Of a stretch of DNA of 14,424 nt, positions 7,409 to 14,424 are shown one piece after another. Source of the stretch: a bacterium. Lineage in GTDB: Bacteria > Eisenbacteria > RBG-16-71-46. Position 1 is the first letter of the stretch, and each line of letters opens with the position of its first letter. The stretch is taken from NCBI GenBank assembly GCA_043779265.1, contig JAYWEM010000018.1:1-14424 (forward strand), in the 5' to 3' direction. The position numbers were made by a program, and so were the translations under genes. The notes below the pieces were generated by a model. That model was not told the DNA's origin. It searched no databases and saw only the letters and a list, made by a program, of their open reading frames with translations.

Positions 7409-7638
7409 GCTGGAGCGCCCCGATGACGCCCGCGGCGGATGTCCGTCGTCCGATGCCCGGAACGCTCCAGGAGCGTCTCGCCGCGGCGGATCGTGCGGTC
7501 GCCTCGCTCGTCATCGAGCAGCAGCTGGCCGAGGCCCTGCACGCCGAGGTGCCGCAGGCACGCTGCCACCACCAGCTCCGCTACTGGCGCTTCGTCCGCA
7601 ACGTCCTGGCCGCGAGCAGCGGGGAGGTGCGGGCGTGA
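7405..7638 (+). CDS. Hypothetical helical protein, 77 aa
   Basis: ATGA overlap upstream, GTGA overlap downstream, GGAGG SD, high-GC3 codon usage. No family recognised. Confidence 0.7.
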   Translation: MSWSAPMTPAADVRRPMPGTLQERLAAADRAVASLVIEQQLAEALHAEVPQARCHHQLRYWRFVRNVLAASSGEVRA

Positions 7639-8531
7639 ATCCGTCCGAGCCGAACATGCGCGTGGTCGCCGGTGGTGAGGGCGAGGCCGTGCTCGGCGCT
7701 GGTCATGCCGCCGAGATGAGCCGTCCGCGCACGCGCACCATCGTCATCGCGAGTGGCAAGGGCGAGGTGGGCAAGTCGAACCTCTGCGCGAATCTGGCGC
7801 TGGCGCTGGCCGAGCGTGGCGCTCGCGTCCTGCTCGTCGATGGCGATCTGGCGCAGGCGAACCTCGACCTGATCCTCGGCGTGCATCCGCGCTGGGACAT
7901 CTCGGATGTCCTGAAGAACGAGCGCACGCTCGACGAGGTGCTGGTCTCGGTCGCGCGCGGCGTGCAGTTGGTGCCGGCCGCCTCGGGCGCCCCGGAACTG
8001 GCCGAACTCGACGACATGCGTCGCGAGACGTTCCTGCGCACGATCGGCTCAGTCGATCCGGCGCCGGATCTGGTGCTCATCGACACGGCCTCGGGTGCTT
8101 CGCGTCAGACCACGGCGCTGTGCCGCGCCGGGCACGAGACGATCGTCGTGACGACGCCCGAGATGCCCGCCTTCTCGGAGGCCTACGCCCTGGTCAAGCT
8201 GCTGCATCAGCAGGGCCTGGCGCAGGCCCCGCGCGTCGTCGTCAGCATGGCCAACTCCGACGAGGAGGCCCAGGAGACGTCGCACCATCTTCGTCTGGTC
8301 GCGCGCCGGTTCCTCCGCATCGAGCTCGAGTGCCTGGGGGTCATCCCGTATGACGCCTCGGTGCCGCGTGCGATGCGGCAGCAGGAGCCCGTGCTGAGCG
8401 CGTTCCCCGATTCTGCCGCGGCACGTGCGTATCGCGCACTGGCCGCGCGTTGCTGGAAGGGCCCGTCGTCGGGGCCGCAGGAAGCTGTCGCCACGAAGTC
8501 CGAGATGAAGCCCCAACGTCTCGTCGCCTAG
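7635..8531 (+). CDS. flhG: FlhG/FleN-like MinD/ParA ATPase, 298 aa
   Basis: IASGKGEVGKSN, VLLVDGDLAQANLDLILG, LVPAASG, VLIDTASG and VVTTPE. Directly upstream of fliA. GTG 7635 follows GGAGG. Confidence 0.85.
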   Translation: MNPSEPNMRVVAGGEGEAVLGAGHAAEMSRPRTRTIVIASGKGEVGKSNLCANLALALAERGARVLLVDGDLAQANLDLILGVHPRWDISDVLKNERTLDEVLVSVARGVQLVPAASGAPELAELDDMRRETFLRTIGSVDPAPDLVLIDTASGASRQTTALCRAGHETIVVTTPEMPAFSEAYALVKLLHQQGLAQAPRVVVSMANSDEEAQETSHHLRLVARRFLRIELECLGVIPYDASVPRAMRQQEPVLSAFPDSAAARAYRALAARCWKGPSSGPQEAVATKSEMKPQRLVA

Positions 8532-8542
8532 GAGGTCACCCC

Positions 8543-9415
8543 ATGCCCCGTGCCGCTTCGCTCCCCGCCCGTCGCACCGCCAGCAAGACCGCCGCGCCCG
8601 CCCGTCGTCCTGAACTGAAGGTCGTCGCGGGCCGCAAGCCCGCTGCGGCGCCGATCGCATCGGTCGCCGTCGCGGATGCACCGACCCCGGTGACGTACGA
8701 CAAGAACAACCTCCTCAAGCGATTCGCGCCGCTCGTGCGGCATGTCGTCGAGCGCGTCGCGGCGACCCTGCCGCGCAACGTCGATCATGAGGACCTCTAT
8801 TCGGCAGGTGTGCTCGGGCTGCTCGACGCGCATGCGAAGTTCGACACGGGTAAGGGCGTCAAGTTCGAGACCTACGCCGTGTGGCGCATCAAGGGTGCCG
8901 TTCTGGACCAGCTGCGGGCGCTCGACTGGGCTTCGCGTTCGATGCGTCGCAAGGCGCGCAACCTCGACGGTGTGACGCGCAAGCTCGATCAGAAGCTGGG
9001 ACGGGCCGCTTCCGAGGAGGAGGTCGCGCGCGAGCTGAAGATGTCGCGCGAGGACTTCTATCGTCTACTGGATCATGTGCGCGGCGCGGTGCTCGTCTCG
9101 CTCGACGAGTCGCGCACGCAGGACGGCGACGACCAGGGTTCGCTCTCGGATCATCTGGCCGACCCGAGCGCCCCGGATCTGGAGGAGCGCCTCGAGACCG
9201 AGCAGGAGCGCCATCTGATGATGGGTGTCATCGACCAGCTGCCCGAGCAGGAGCGGCTCGTCGTCGCCCTCTACTACTACGAGCACATGACGCTCAAGGA
9301 GATCGGCCGCACGCTGGGGATCTCCGAGTCACGTGTCTCCCAGGTCCACACACGGGCCATGTCCCGCCTGCGCCTTCGCATGAACAAGGCGATGTCCCTG
9401 GATGAGGCCGCGTGA
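8543..9415 (+). CDS. fliA: RNA polymerase sigma factor FliA/WhiG family (sigma28), 290 aa
   Basis: EDLYSAGVLGLLDA, KFETYAVWRIKGAVLDQLRALDW and LKEIGRTLGISESRVSQVH. ATG 8543 follows AGGAGG. Confidence 0.95.
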   Translation: MPRAASLPARRTASKTAAPARRPELKVVAGRKPAAAPIASVAVADAPTPVTYDKNNLLKRFAPLVRHVVERVAATLPRNVDHEDLYSAGVLGLLDAHAKFDTGKGVKFETYAVWRIKGAVLDQLRALDWASRSMRRKARNLDGVTRKLDQKLGRAASEEEVARELKMSREDFYRLLDHVRGAVLVSLDESRTQDGDDQGSLSDHLADPSAPDLEERLETEQERHLMMGVIDQLPEQERLVVALYYYEHMTLKEIGRTLGISESRVSQVHTRAMSRLRLRMNKAMSLDEAA

Positions 9416-9807
9416 GCGAAACGCCGCCCTCGTCCTCCTCATCACCACCTTGGACGGTCCTGCACGCGAAGGTCTCCGAACTGACCGATCGATGCGCCGC
9501 TCGAGGTGAAGCCGTGGCGGTCGAGGAACTCCGAACACTGTTGGACGATTGGTGGATCACGCAGCAGGCCTGGGATCGACAGGCTGCCGAGACGCTCGAA
9601 GCGCATCACGACATCAACAATGCACTCGTGGGAGTGCGCGGCAACGCGCAACTCCTGATGAAGAACCCCGTCGCGCAGGCACCCGTGGTGCGCGATCGTC
9701 TGGAGGTCATGCTCCGTGAGTCCAGCCGGATCCAGGAAGCGGCAGGACGGCTCCGCACCCTCCGTGCGAGCCTCGGTGGCTCGGTTCCCCACAACCGCGC
9801 GGCCTGA
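9412..9807 (+). CDS. Stand-alone HisKA/DHp-like protein without ATP-binding domain, 131 aa
   Basis: HHDINNALVGVRGNAQLL...RDRLEVMLRESSRIQE is a DHp helical hairpin. GTGA-coupled to fliA. Confidence 0.8.
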   Translation: MSETPPSSSSSPPWTVLHAKVSELTDRCAARGEAVAVEELRTLLDDWWITQQAWDRQAAETLEAHHDINNALVGVRGNAQLLMKNPVAQAPVVRDRLEVMLRESSRIQEAAGRLRTLRASLGGSVPHNRAA

Positions 9808-10771
9808 GGGCGGGGCGCCCGAAGCGGCGCCCACACCTCGTGGCCGGCGTGCCGATGGGGGAAGCGGCACCGAATCGCCCGCGCGCACCGATCGCCGTGA
9901 GGCGGCAGGTTCGCTGTGGGCTGCGTGCGAGGCGCTGCTCAGCGCGTCGCACGACCGTGAGGCGCTCCCGCGTGCACTCGACCAGCTCATCGAGGCGTTC
10001 GGATGTGCCGGTGTGGCGTTGCACGCGGTGGGTGCGAGCGGACAGCTCGAGCCTTGGTGTGCACGCGGCGAGTGGCAGGAGGAGCCGGGCGATCTCCGGC
10101 CGTGCATGGGTGTTCCGCTGTTCCATGGCCGCGAGCGCGTCGGCGCCCTCGATCTGAGGGGGCATCGCCAGCAGCGCTGGAAGCCCGAGCAGCACTCGCT
10201 CGTCCGCACCGCGGCGGGGGCTCTCGGAGCGGCGATGTCCGCACGTCTCGAACTCGAGCGGCTACGCCGCCAGCCGGGTCGCGACAGCAAGACGGGTCTC
10301 GCGGATTCGACGTCGTTCCACGGCCGACTCCTCGAGGAGGTCGGGCGCGCCGAGCGCATGGGCACGCCCGTCGCGGTCGTGAGTCTCGATCTCGATCACT
10401 TCGAAGGTGTGAACTCGAAGTACGGCGCCGATACCGGGGACGCCGTGCTCGCCGAGTGTGCGCTCGTCCTCAAGGTGGCGCTGCGCGATGGTGACTTCCT
10501 GGCCCGGCTGTCGGGTGATGAGTTCGGCGTGATCCTGCCGGACTGCGACCTCGCCCCGGCTCGCCGGCTCGCCGAGCGTCTCCGGCACGCGATCGAGTCG
10601 CATCGGTTCGCGCGCGTCGGGAATCTGAGTTGTTCCGCGGGAGTGGCCGCCGCGCCACGTGATGGGCTGGATGCCACCGAATTGCTATCCGCGGCCGAGC
10701 AGGCACTGGGTCTCGCCAAGAAGGCGGGACGTCGGCGCACGGCAGCTGCAGGTCCGAAGCACACCCACTAG
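9716..10771 (+). CDS. GAF-like + GGDEF-domain protein, degenerate (SGDEF), I-site intact
   Basis: DSKTGL, DLDHF, RDGD-x5-SGDEF, SAGVA and AKKAGR. Start uncertain (GTG 9716 with GGAGG, or 9764/9776). Confidence 0.88.
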   Translation: MSPAGSRKRQDGSAPSVRASVARFPTTARPEGGAPEAAPTPRGRRADGGSGTESPARTDRREAAGSLWAACEALLSASHDREALPRALDQLIEAFGCAGVALHAVGASGQLEPWCARGEWQEEPGDLRPCMGVPLFHGRERVGALDLRGHRQQRWKPEQHSLVRTAAGALGAAMSARLELERLRRQPGRDSKTGLADSTSFHGRLLEEVGRAERMGTPVAVVSLDLDHFEGVNSKYGADTGDAVLAECALVLKVALRDGDFLARLSGDEFGVILPDCDLAPARRLAERLRHAIESHRFARVGNLSCSAGVAAAPRDGLDATELLSAAEQALGLAKKAGRRRTAAAGPKHTH

Positions 10772-10789
10772 TCCCAGCTCGAGGCTCCC

Positions 10790-12514
10790 TTGTCCGAACC
10801 CGCGCACCTGTCGTCGGATTCCCCCGCATTGACCCCGCAGCCGGCTCGCGTGCTCGTCGTCGAAGACGACGAGACGGTGGCGGACGTGCTGCGCGAGGCG
10901 CTTGCCGACGCGCGATTCTCGTTGGAGTTCGCCGTCGACGCCGAGTCGGCCGTGCGCTCGATCGACGAGCGTCCGCCGGATCTCGTGCTCACGGACATCA
11001 GCCTTCCCGGCCGCTCCGGCTTGGACGTGATGCGGCACGTGCGGGGTCGCGACCCCGAAGCCGCGGTCATCCTGATGACCGGCTACGCCACGACGCAGAA
11101 CGCGATCGACGCCCTTCGCGAGGGCGCGTGCGAGTTCATCACCAAGCCATTCGACGACATCGCCAAGCTCCCCGACATCCTCGAGAAGCATCTCGGGAAT
11201 CGCCGTCTGCGACTGCAGAACACCGCGCTCATGAGCGAACTGCGGGAGAAGAACACCGTCCTCGAGCACCACGAGCAGGAACTGCGCGAGCGCGTCGAGT
11301 TGGCCACAAGGCAGATGGCGACGCTCTATCGCGTCGCGATGGAGATCGGCACCGATCTCGGACTGGCGCCCAGGCTCGACCGGATCAACAAGGTCGCCAT
11401 GCAGCAGGCGGGTGCGAACGGTTCGGGCGTCTGGCTGTTGCACGAGGAGAGTGGCGAGTTCGCGCTCATCTCGCATGCCGGTGCCGAGCGCGCCGAAGGC
11501 GAGGAGGAGGCGCATCGATTCGCGTCCGGCGCCGGACCGCTGGGTGCCACGGTGCAGACTCGAACGCCCATGCGACACGCGACGTGCGAGTCGCTTCCCG
11601 GCCTGATCGTCCGGCGCGAGACCACGCTGATGGTCGTGCCGTTCGTCCAGGGCGATACCTGCTTCGGCGTGATCGCGGTGTGGGGGAAGCTCGGGGGGTT
11701 CACGGCCGACGACCAGGAGTTCCTCTCCCTGTTCGCCTCGCAGGCCGCGGTCCAGATCCGCAACTCGCAGTTGTTCGAGCACACCAAGAGCCTCGACCGT
11801 CTCAAGTCCGATTTCGTCGCCGTCGTCTCGCATGAGATCCGAACGCCGCTCACGTCGGTCAAGGGCGCGGTGGAACTGCTGTCCGACGATCGTTATTTCC
11901 AGAACAACGACCAGCAGGGCAAGCTCCTCACGATCGCGCATGCCAACGCCGAGCGCCTGCTCCTGCTCATCAACGACATCCTCGACTTCAGCAAGCTCGA
12001 GTCGGCCTCGCTGTTCATGACCATCGAGCGTCAGCGACTCGAACCCGTCGTCATGCAGGCGAGCCAGAATCTCCGCACGCTCATCGAGGAACGCCGCATC
12101 CGCGTCGACTTCGAACTGAGCGAGGAACTGCCGGATGTCCTACTGGATGCGCACCGCATCACGCAGGTCGTCACCAATCTGCTCTCCAACGCGATCAAGT
12201 TCTCGCCGAGTGATGGCGCGATCGAACTTCGGGTGCGTGAGGCGGATGGCATGGTCCGAGTCGAGGTGACCGATCGGGGCGAGGGCATCGCGCCGCGCGA
12301 CCTGCCCAAGCTGTTCCGCAAGTTCCAGCAGGTGGACTCCAGTTCGACTCGCAAGGTGGGTGGTACCGGTCTCGGACTCGTCATCAGCAAGGGCATCGTC
12401 GAGCAGCACGGCGGCACGATCGGAGTCGAGAGCGAGTTGGGTGAGGGCAGCACGTTCTGGTTCACGCTGCCGGTCGCCGAACGGACGGCGGGGGAGAGCG
12501 CACTGCGCGCTTGA
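10790..12514 (+). CDS. Hybrid histidine kinase REC-coiled coil-GAF-HisKA-HATPase, 574 aa
   Basis: VVEDD, LTDISLPG and ITKPF receiver, GAF (FTADDQEFLSLFASQAA), SHEIRTPL, NLLSNAIKF, DRGEGI and GGTGLGL. TTG start after GAGG. Confidence 0.94.
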   Translation: MSEPAHLSSDSPALTPQPARVLVVEDDETVADVLREALADARFSLEFAVDAESAVRSIDERPPDLVLTDISLPGRSGLDVMRHVRGRDPEAAVILMTGYATTQNAIDALREGACEFITKPFDDIAKLPDILEKHLGNRRLRLQNTALMSELREKNTVLEHHEQELRERVELATRQMATLYRVAMEIGTDLGLAPRLDRINKVAMQQAGANGSGVWLLHEESGEFALISHAGAERAEGEEEAHRFASGAGPLGATVQTRTPMRHATCESLPGLIVRRETTLMVVPFVQGDTCFGVIAVWGKLGGFTADDQEFLSLFASQAAVQIRNSQLFEHTKSLDRLKSDFVAVVSHEIRTPLTSVKGAVELLSDDRYFQNNDQQGKLLTIAHANAERLLLLINDILDFSKLESASLFMTIERQRLEPVVMQASQNLRTLIEERRIRVDFELSEELPDVLLDAHRITQVVTNLLSNAIKFSPSDGAIELRVREADGMVRVEVTDRGEGIAPRDLPKLFRKFQQVDSSSTRKVGGTGLGLVISKGIVEQHGGTIGVESELGEGSTFWFTLPVAERTAGESALRA

Positions 12515-12540
12515 CGCATCGCGGTGCGGTTCACTAGGTT
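12511..12540 (+). promoter_or_regulatory. sigma70-type promoter overlapping the kinase stop codon
   Basis: TTGACG (12511-12516), 18-nt spacer, TAGGTT (12535-12540). Confidence 0.55.
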
Positions 12541-12544
12541 GCAG

Positions 12545-12579
12545 GCGGCCTCTGATGGATCGGGGGCCGCTTCCTTCTT
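12545..12579 (+). terminator. Terminator-like hairpin with a GGA loop
   Basis: 11-bp stem GCGGCCTCTGA / TCGGGGGCCGC (two G-U pairs), loop TGGA, followed by TTCCTTCTT. Confidence 0.6.
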
Positions 12580-12623
12580 CCGCCGTGCGGACTCCTCGCT
12601 GCCCGGAAAGGTCCTCTCCGACG

Positions 12624-14402
12624 ATGCGCGCCATGGATGACGCCGCTTCGCAGTCCCGTGCTGTTCCCGATCGTTCCGCCCGGATCGCCCTGCTGCTCGT
12701 GGGAGCGTTGGCCGGTGCGATTCTCGCGATCGGGCTTGCGCCCCGCTCACTCGCACGTTTCGAAGTGCGTCTGCCGTGGGCCGGTGCATCGCTGACCGCA
12801 GCCGACTGGCCACGCGATCCGCTGCCTGGCGAAGAGGCGATCGTCCGAGTCGGTGCGAACGGCATGGAACTCGTCGTCCGCGCCCCCGAGGCCGCGATGG
12901 CCGAGGCGCTCGCACGGGAGATCTCCGCGCAGCAGGTCAGCGCGCTTCCTCTGTTGCGCGAGATCGAGGTCGAACTGCGCGCGGCGTGGCGCCTCTCGGT
13001 TCCACACGGGCCCTCGCTGCCGATGACGCGCGAGAGCGAGGTCGCGGCGCTGCTCCTGGGTGAGGCCGCGCTGCGCCGCGATCTCGCGCTGCAGTTGCCC
13101 GGTCCCTACGCGGCGGCCCCGGCCGAGCATCTCGCGGTCCCGAGCCTCGCCGTGCTCGAGCGTCAGCAGGAGCTCTCGCTGGCGATTCCCGCCGCCGATC
13201 CCGATCGCATCGAACAGTTGCTGATCACGGCCGCAGCCGATGAGTCCGACTGGCTCGCCGCCAGTGGCGTGGCCGGCAGCTCCGCGAGCGAGCGCGGCTC
13301 GGCGTGGCGTCGCTGGCAGCTGGCGCGAGCCGATTCGCTCAGCGTCATCGCCGAGCGATTGCTCGAGAGCGAGACGGCGTTGCAGCAGTCGCTCGCCGCG
13401 TGGGCGATGCCCGCTCAGCGCTCCGCGCTGGGCGAGACCCGTCGCTCGTCCTATCTCGCGCTCGCGCGTGCACAGGTGCCGCCCACGGTCCCCGGCGCCG
13501 GTCCGATCGCAGGCGTCTGGGCGATGGTGATCGGCATCGGCGCGCTGACCGGTGCCGCTGCGGCCAGCTTCGGCGGGTGGGTCGCGCGTCGCGGCCGCAA
13601 TCGTGGCGCAAAGGCATCGCCGACCGCGTTCCCCGGCCGTGATCCGGGAGCGACGGAAGCGTGGCTGCACGTCGTCACCGGACCCGATCGCACGTCGATC
13701 GCGCGCGCCGTCCTCGAACTCGCCTCACACACGCTGGCGAGGGGAGAGCGCGCCCTCATCATCGACGCGAGCACGCGCCTCGCCCTGCACGAACGGCTCG
13801 GCCGCGAGGCGCGCTGGGGCCTGATGGAGTGCCTGCACTGCGACATGCCGGTTCTGGGACTGGTGCAGTACGGTGGATGGCCGGGGCTCTATCTGCTCGC
13901 CCATGGCGAGACCAAGCGGGCCTCGGCGGGCTGGTCAGGGCTCGGCCGGCGGTTGGATGAAGCGAAGCCGCACTTCGGGCGGATCCTGTTCTGCGTCGAC
14001 CAGGCGGCGCCGCGCGAGCTGGGGGAGGCGCTGATGGGTCGGCCGCTGGAGGGCTGGTGGGCCGAGTCCGGGGAGCGCCTGCCGAGGCAGGCGGACGAGC
14101 TCCCGGGCCGACTCGGTATCGCATTCTCCTGCATCGACATGCGCCACTTCCCGGAGGTCACGCTCGAACGGCTCGGGGAGCGCGCCGCAGCGCTGGCGCC
14201 GAGCATCCAGGTCGAACCGGCACCAGTCGTGACCCCGGCGCCGATTCCTCCGGCCGAGGTGGCCGTGGAGATCCCGGTGATCCCGGAGGGTCCGGTCGTG
14301 TTGGACTGCGACTTGCAAGTCCAGCAGCGACTGCGGTTCCTGGCGTGGATGCGCCGGGTCCAGTCCGAGAGCCGCCGCGAGGAACTCGAACCGGTCGCCT
14401 GA
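12624..14402 (+). CDS. Wzc/GumC-like membrane protein with degenerate P-loop (BY-kinase/MinD-like) C-terminal domain, about 590 aa
   Basis: Two TM segments flank a long helical region. Then LHVVTGPDRTS, LASHTLARGERALIIDAS, GLMECL, PGLYLLAHG and HFGRILFCVD follow the CpsD/Wzc motif order without catalytic residues. Start at 12624 or 12633. Confidence 0.65.
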   Translation: MRAMDDAASQSRAVPDRSARIALLLVGALAGAILAIGLAPRSLARFEVRLPWAGASLTAADWPRDPLPGEEAIVRVGANGMELVVRAPEAAMAEALAREISAQQVSALPLLREIEVELRAAWRLSVPHGPSLPMTRESEVAALLLGEAALRRDLALQLPGPYAAAPAEHLAVPSLAVLERQQELSLAIPAADPDRIEQLLITAAADESDWLAASGVAGSSASERGSAWRRWQLARADSLSVIAERLLESETALQQSLAAWAMPAQRSALGETRRSSYLALARAQVPPTVPGAGPIAGVWAMVIGIGALTGAAAASFGGWVARRGRNRGAKASPTAFPGRDPGATEAWLHVVTGPDRTSIARAVLELASHTLARGERALIIDASTRLALHERLGREARWGLMECLHCDMPVLGLVQYGGWPGLYLLAHGETKRASAGWSGLGRRLDEAKPHFGRILFCVDQAAPRELGEALMGRPLEGWWAESGERLPRQADELPGRLGIAFSCIDMRHFPEVTLERLGERAAALAPSIQVEPAPVVTPAPIPPAEVAVEIPVIPEGPVVLDCDLQVQQRLRFLAWMRRVQSESRREELEPVA

Positions 14403-14424
14403 CCGCGAGAGCCGAACCGCGGTC

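Noticed and set aside
3087..8542. Upstream extensions in the ORF track (3087, 3511, 4676, 6657, 7377, 8450)
   Set aside because: They overlap promoters or upstream genes. Better starts with SD sequences lie at 3339, 3610, 5036, 6738, 7635 and 8543.
5009..11941. Long minus-strand ORFs (5009-6481, 10685-11941 and others)
   Set aside because: Antisense to well-supported genes, as expected at this GC content.
1..14424. CRISPR array, tRNA or rRNA
   Set aside because: No regularly spaced repeats or recognisable RNA-gene motifs seen.

Overview
High-GC bacterial DNA made almost entirely of signalling genes. The lineage cannot be established from the sequence alone. The left edge holds the end of an IS5-like element that truncates a small zinc-ribbon gene. 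Next come a hairpin terminator, a candidate sigma28-driven GGA-rich RNA encoding an 18-aa peptide, and a membrane PDZ/PP2C (SpoIIE/RsbU-type) phosphatase on the minus strand. The plus strand carries csrA, a flgM-like anti-sigma, a PAS histidine kinase and a sigma54 activator. A sigma54 promoter then drives a translationally coupled operon: single-domain receiver, stand-alone sigma region-4 protein, small hypothetical, FlhG/FleN-like ATPase, FliA/WhiG sigma factor, stand-alone DHp protein, degenerate GGDEF protein and hybrid kinase. A Wzc-like pseudokinase ends the window. The flagellar regulators (fliA, flgM, flhG, csrA, sigma54 two-component pair) appear without any of their usual structural neighbours. 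Main hypothesis (inference): a flagellum-derived sigma54 to sigma28 cascade has been rewired to work without FlgM export, using a sigma-mimic decoy, a CsrA-binding RNA and ClpXP-type degradation signals.
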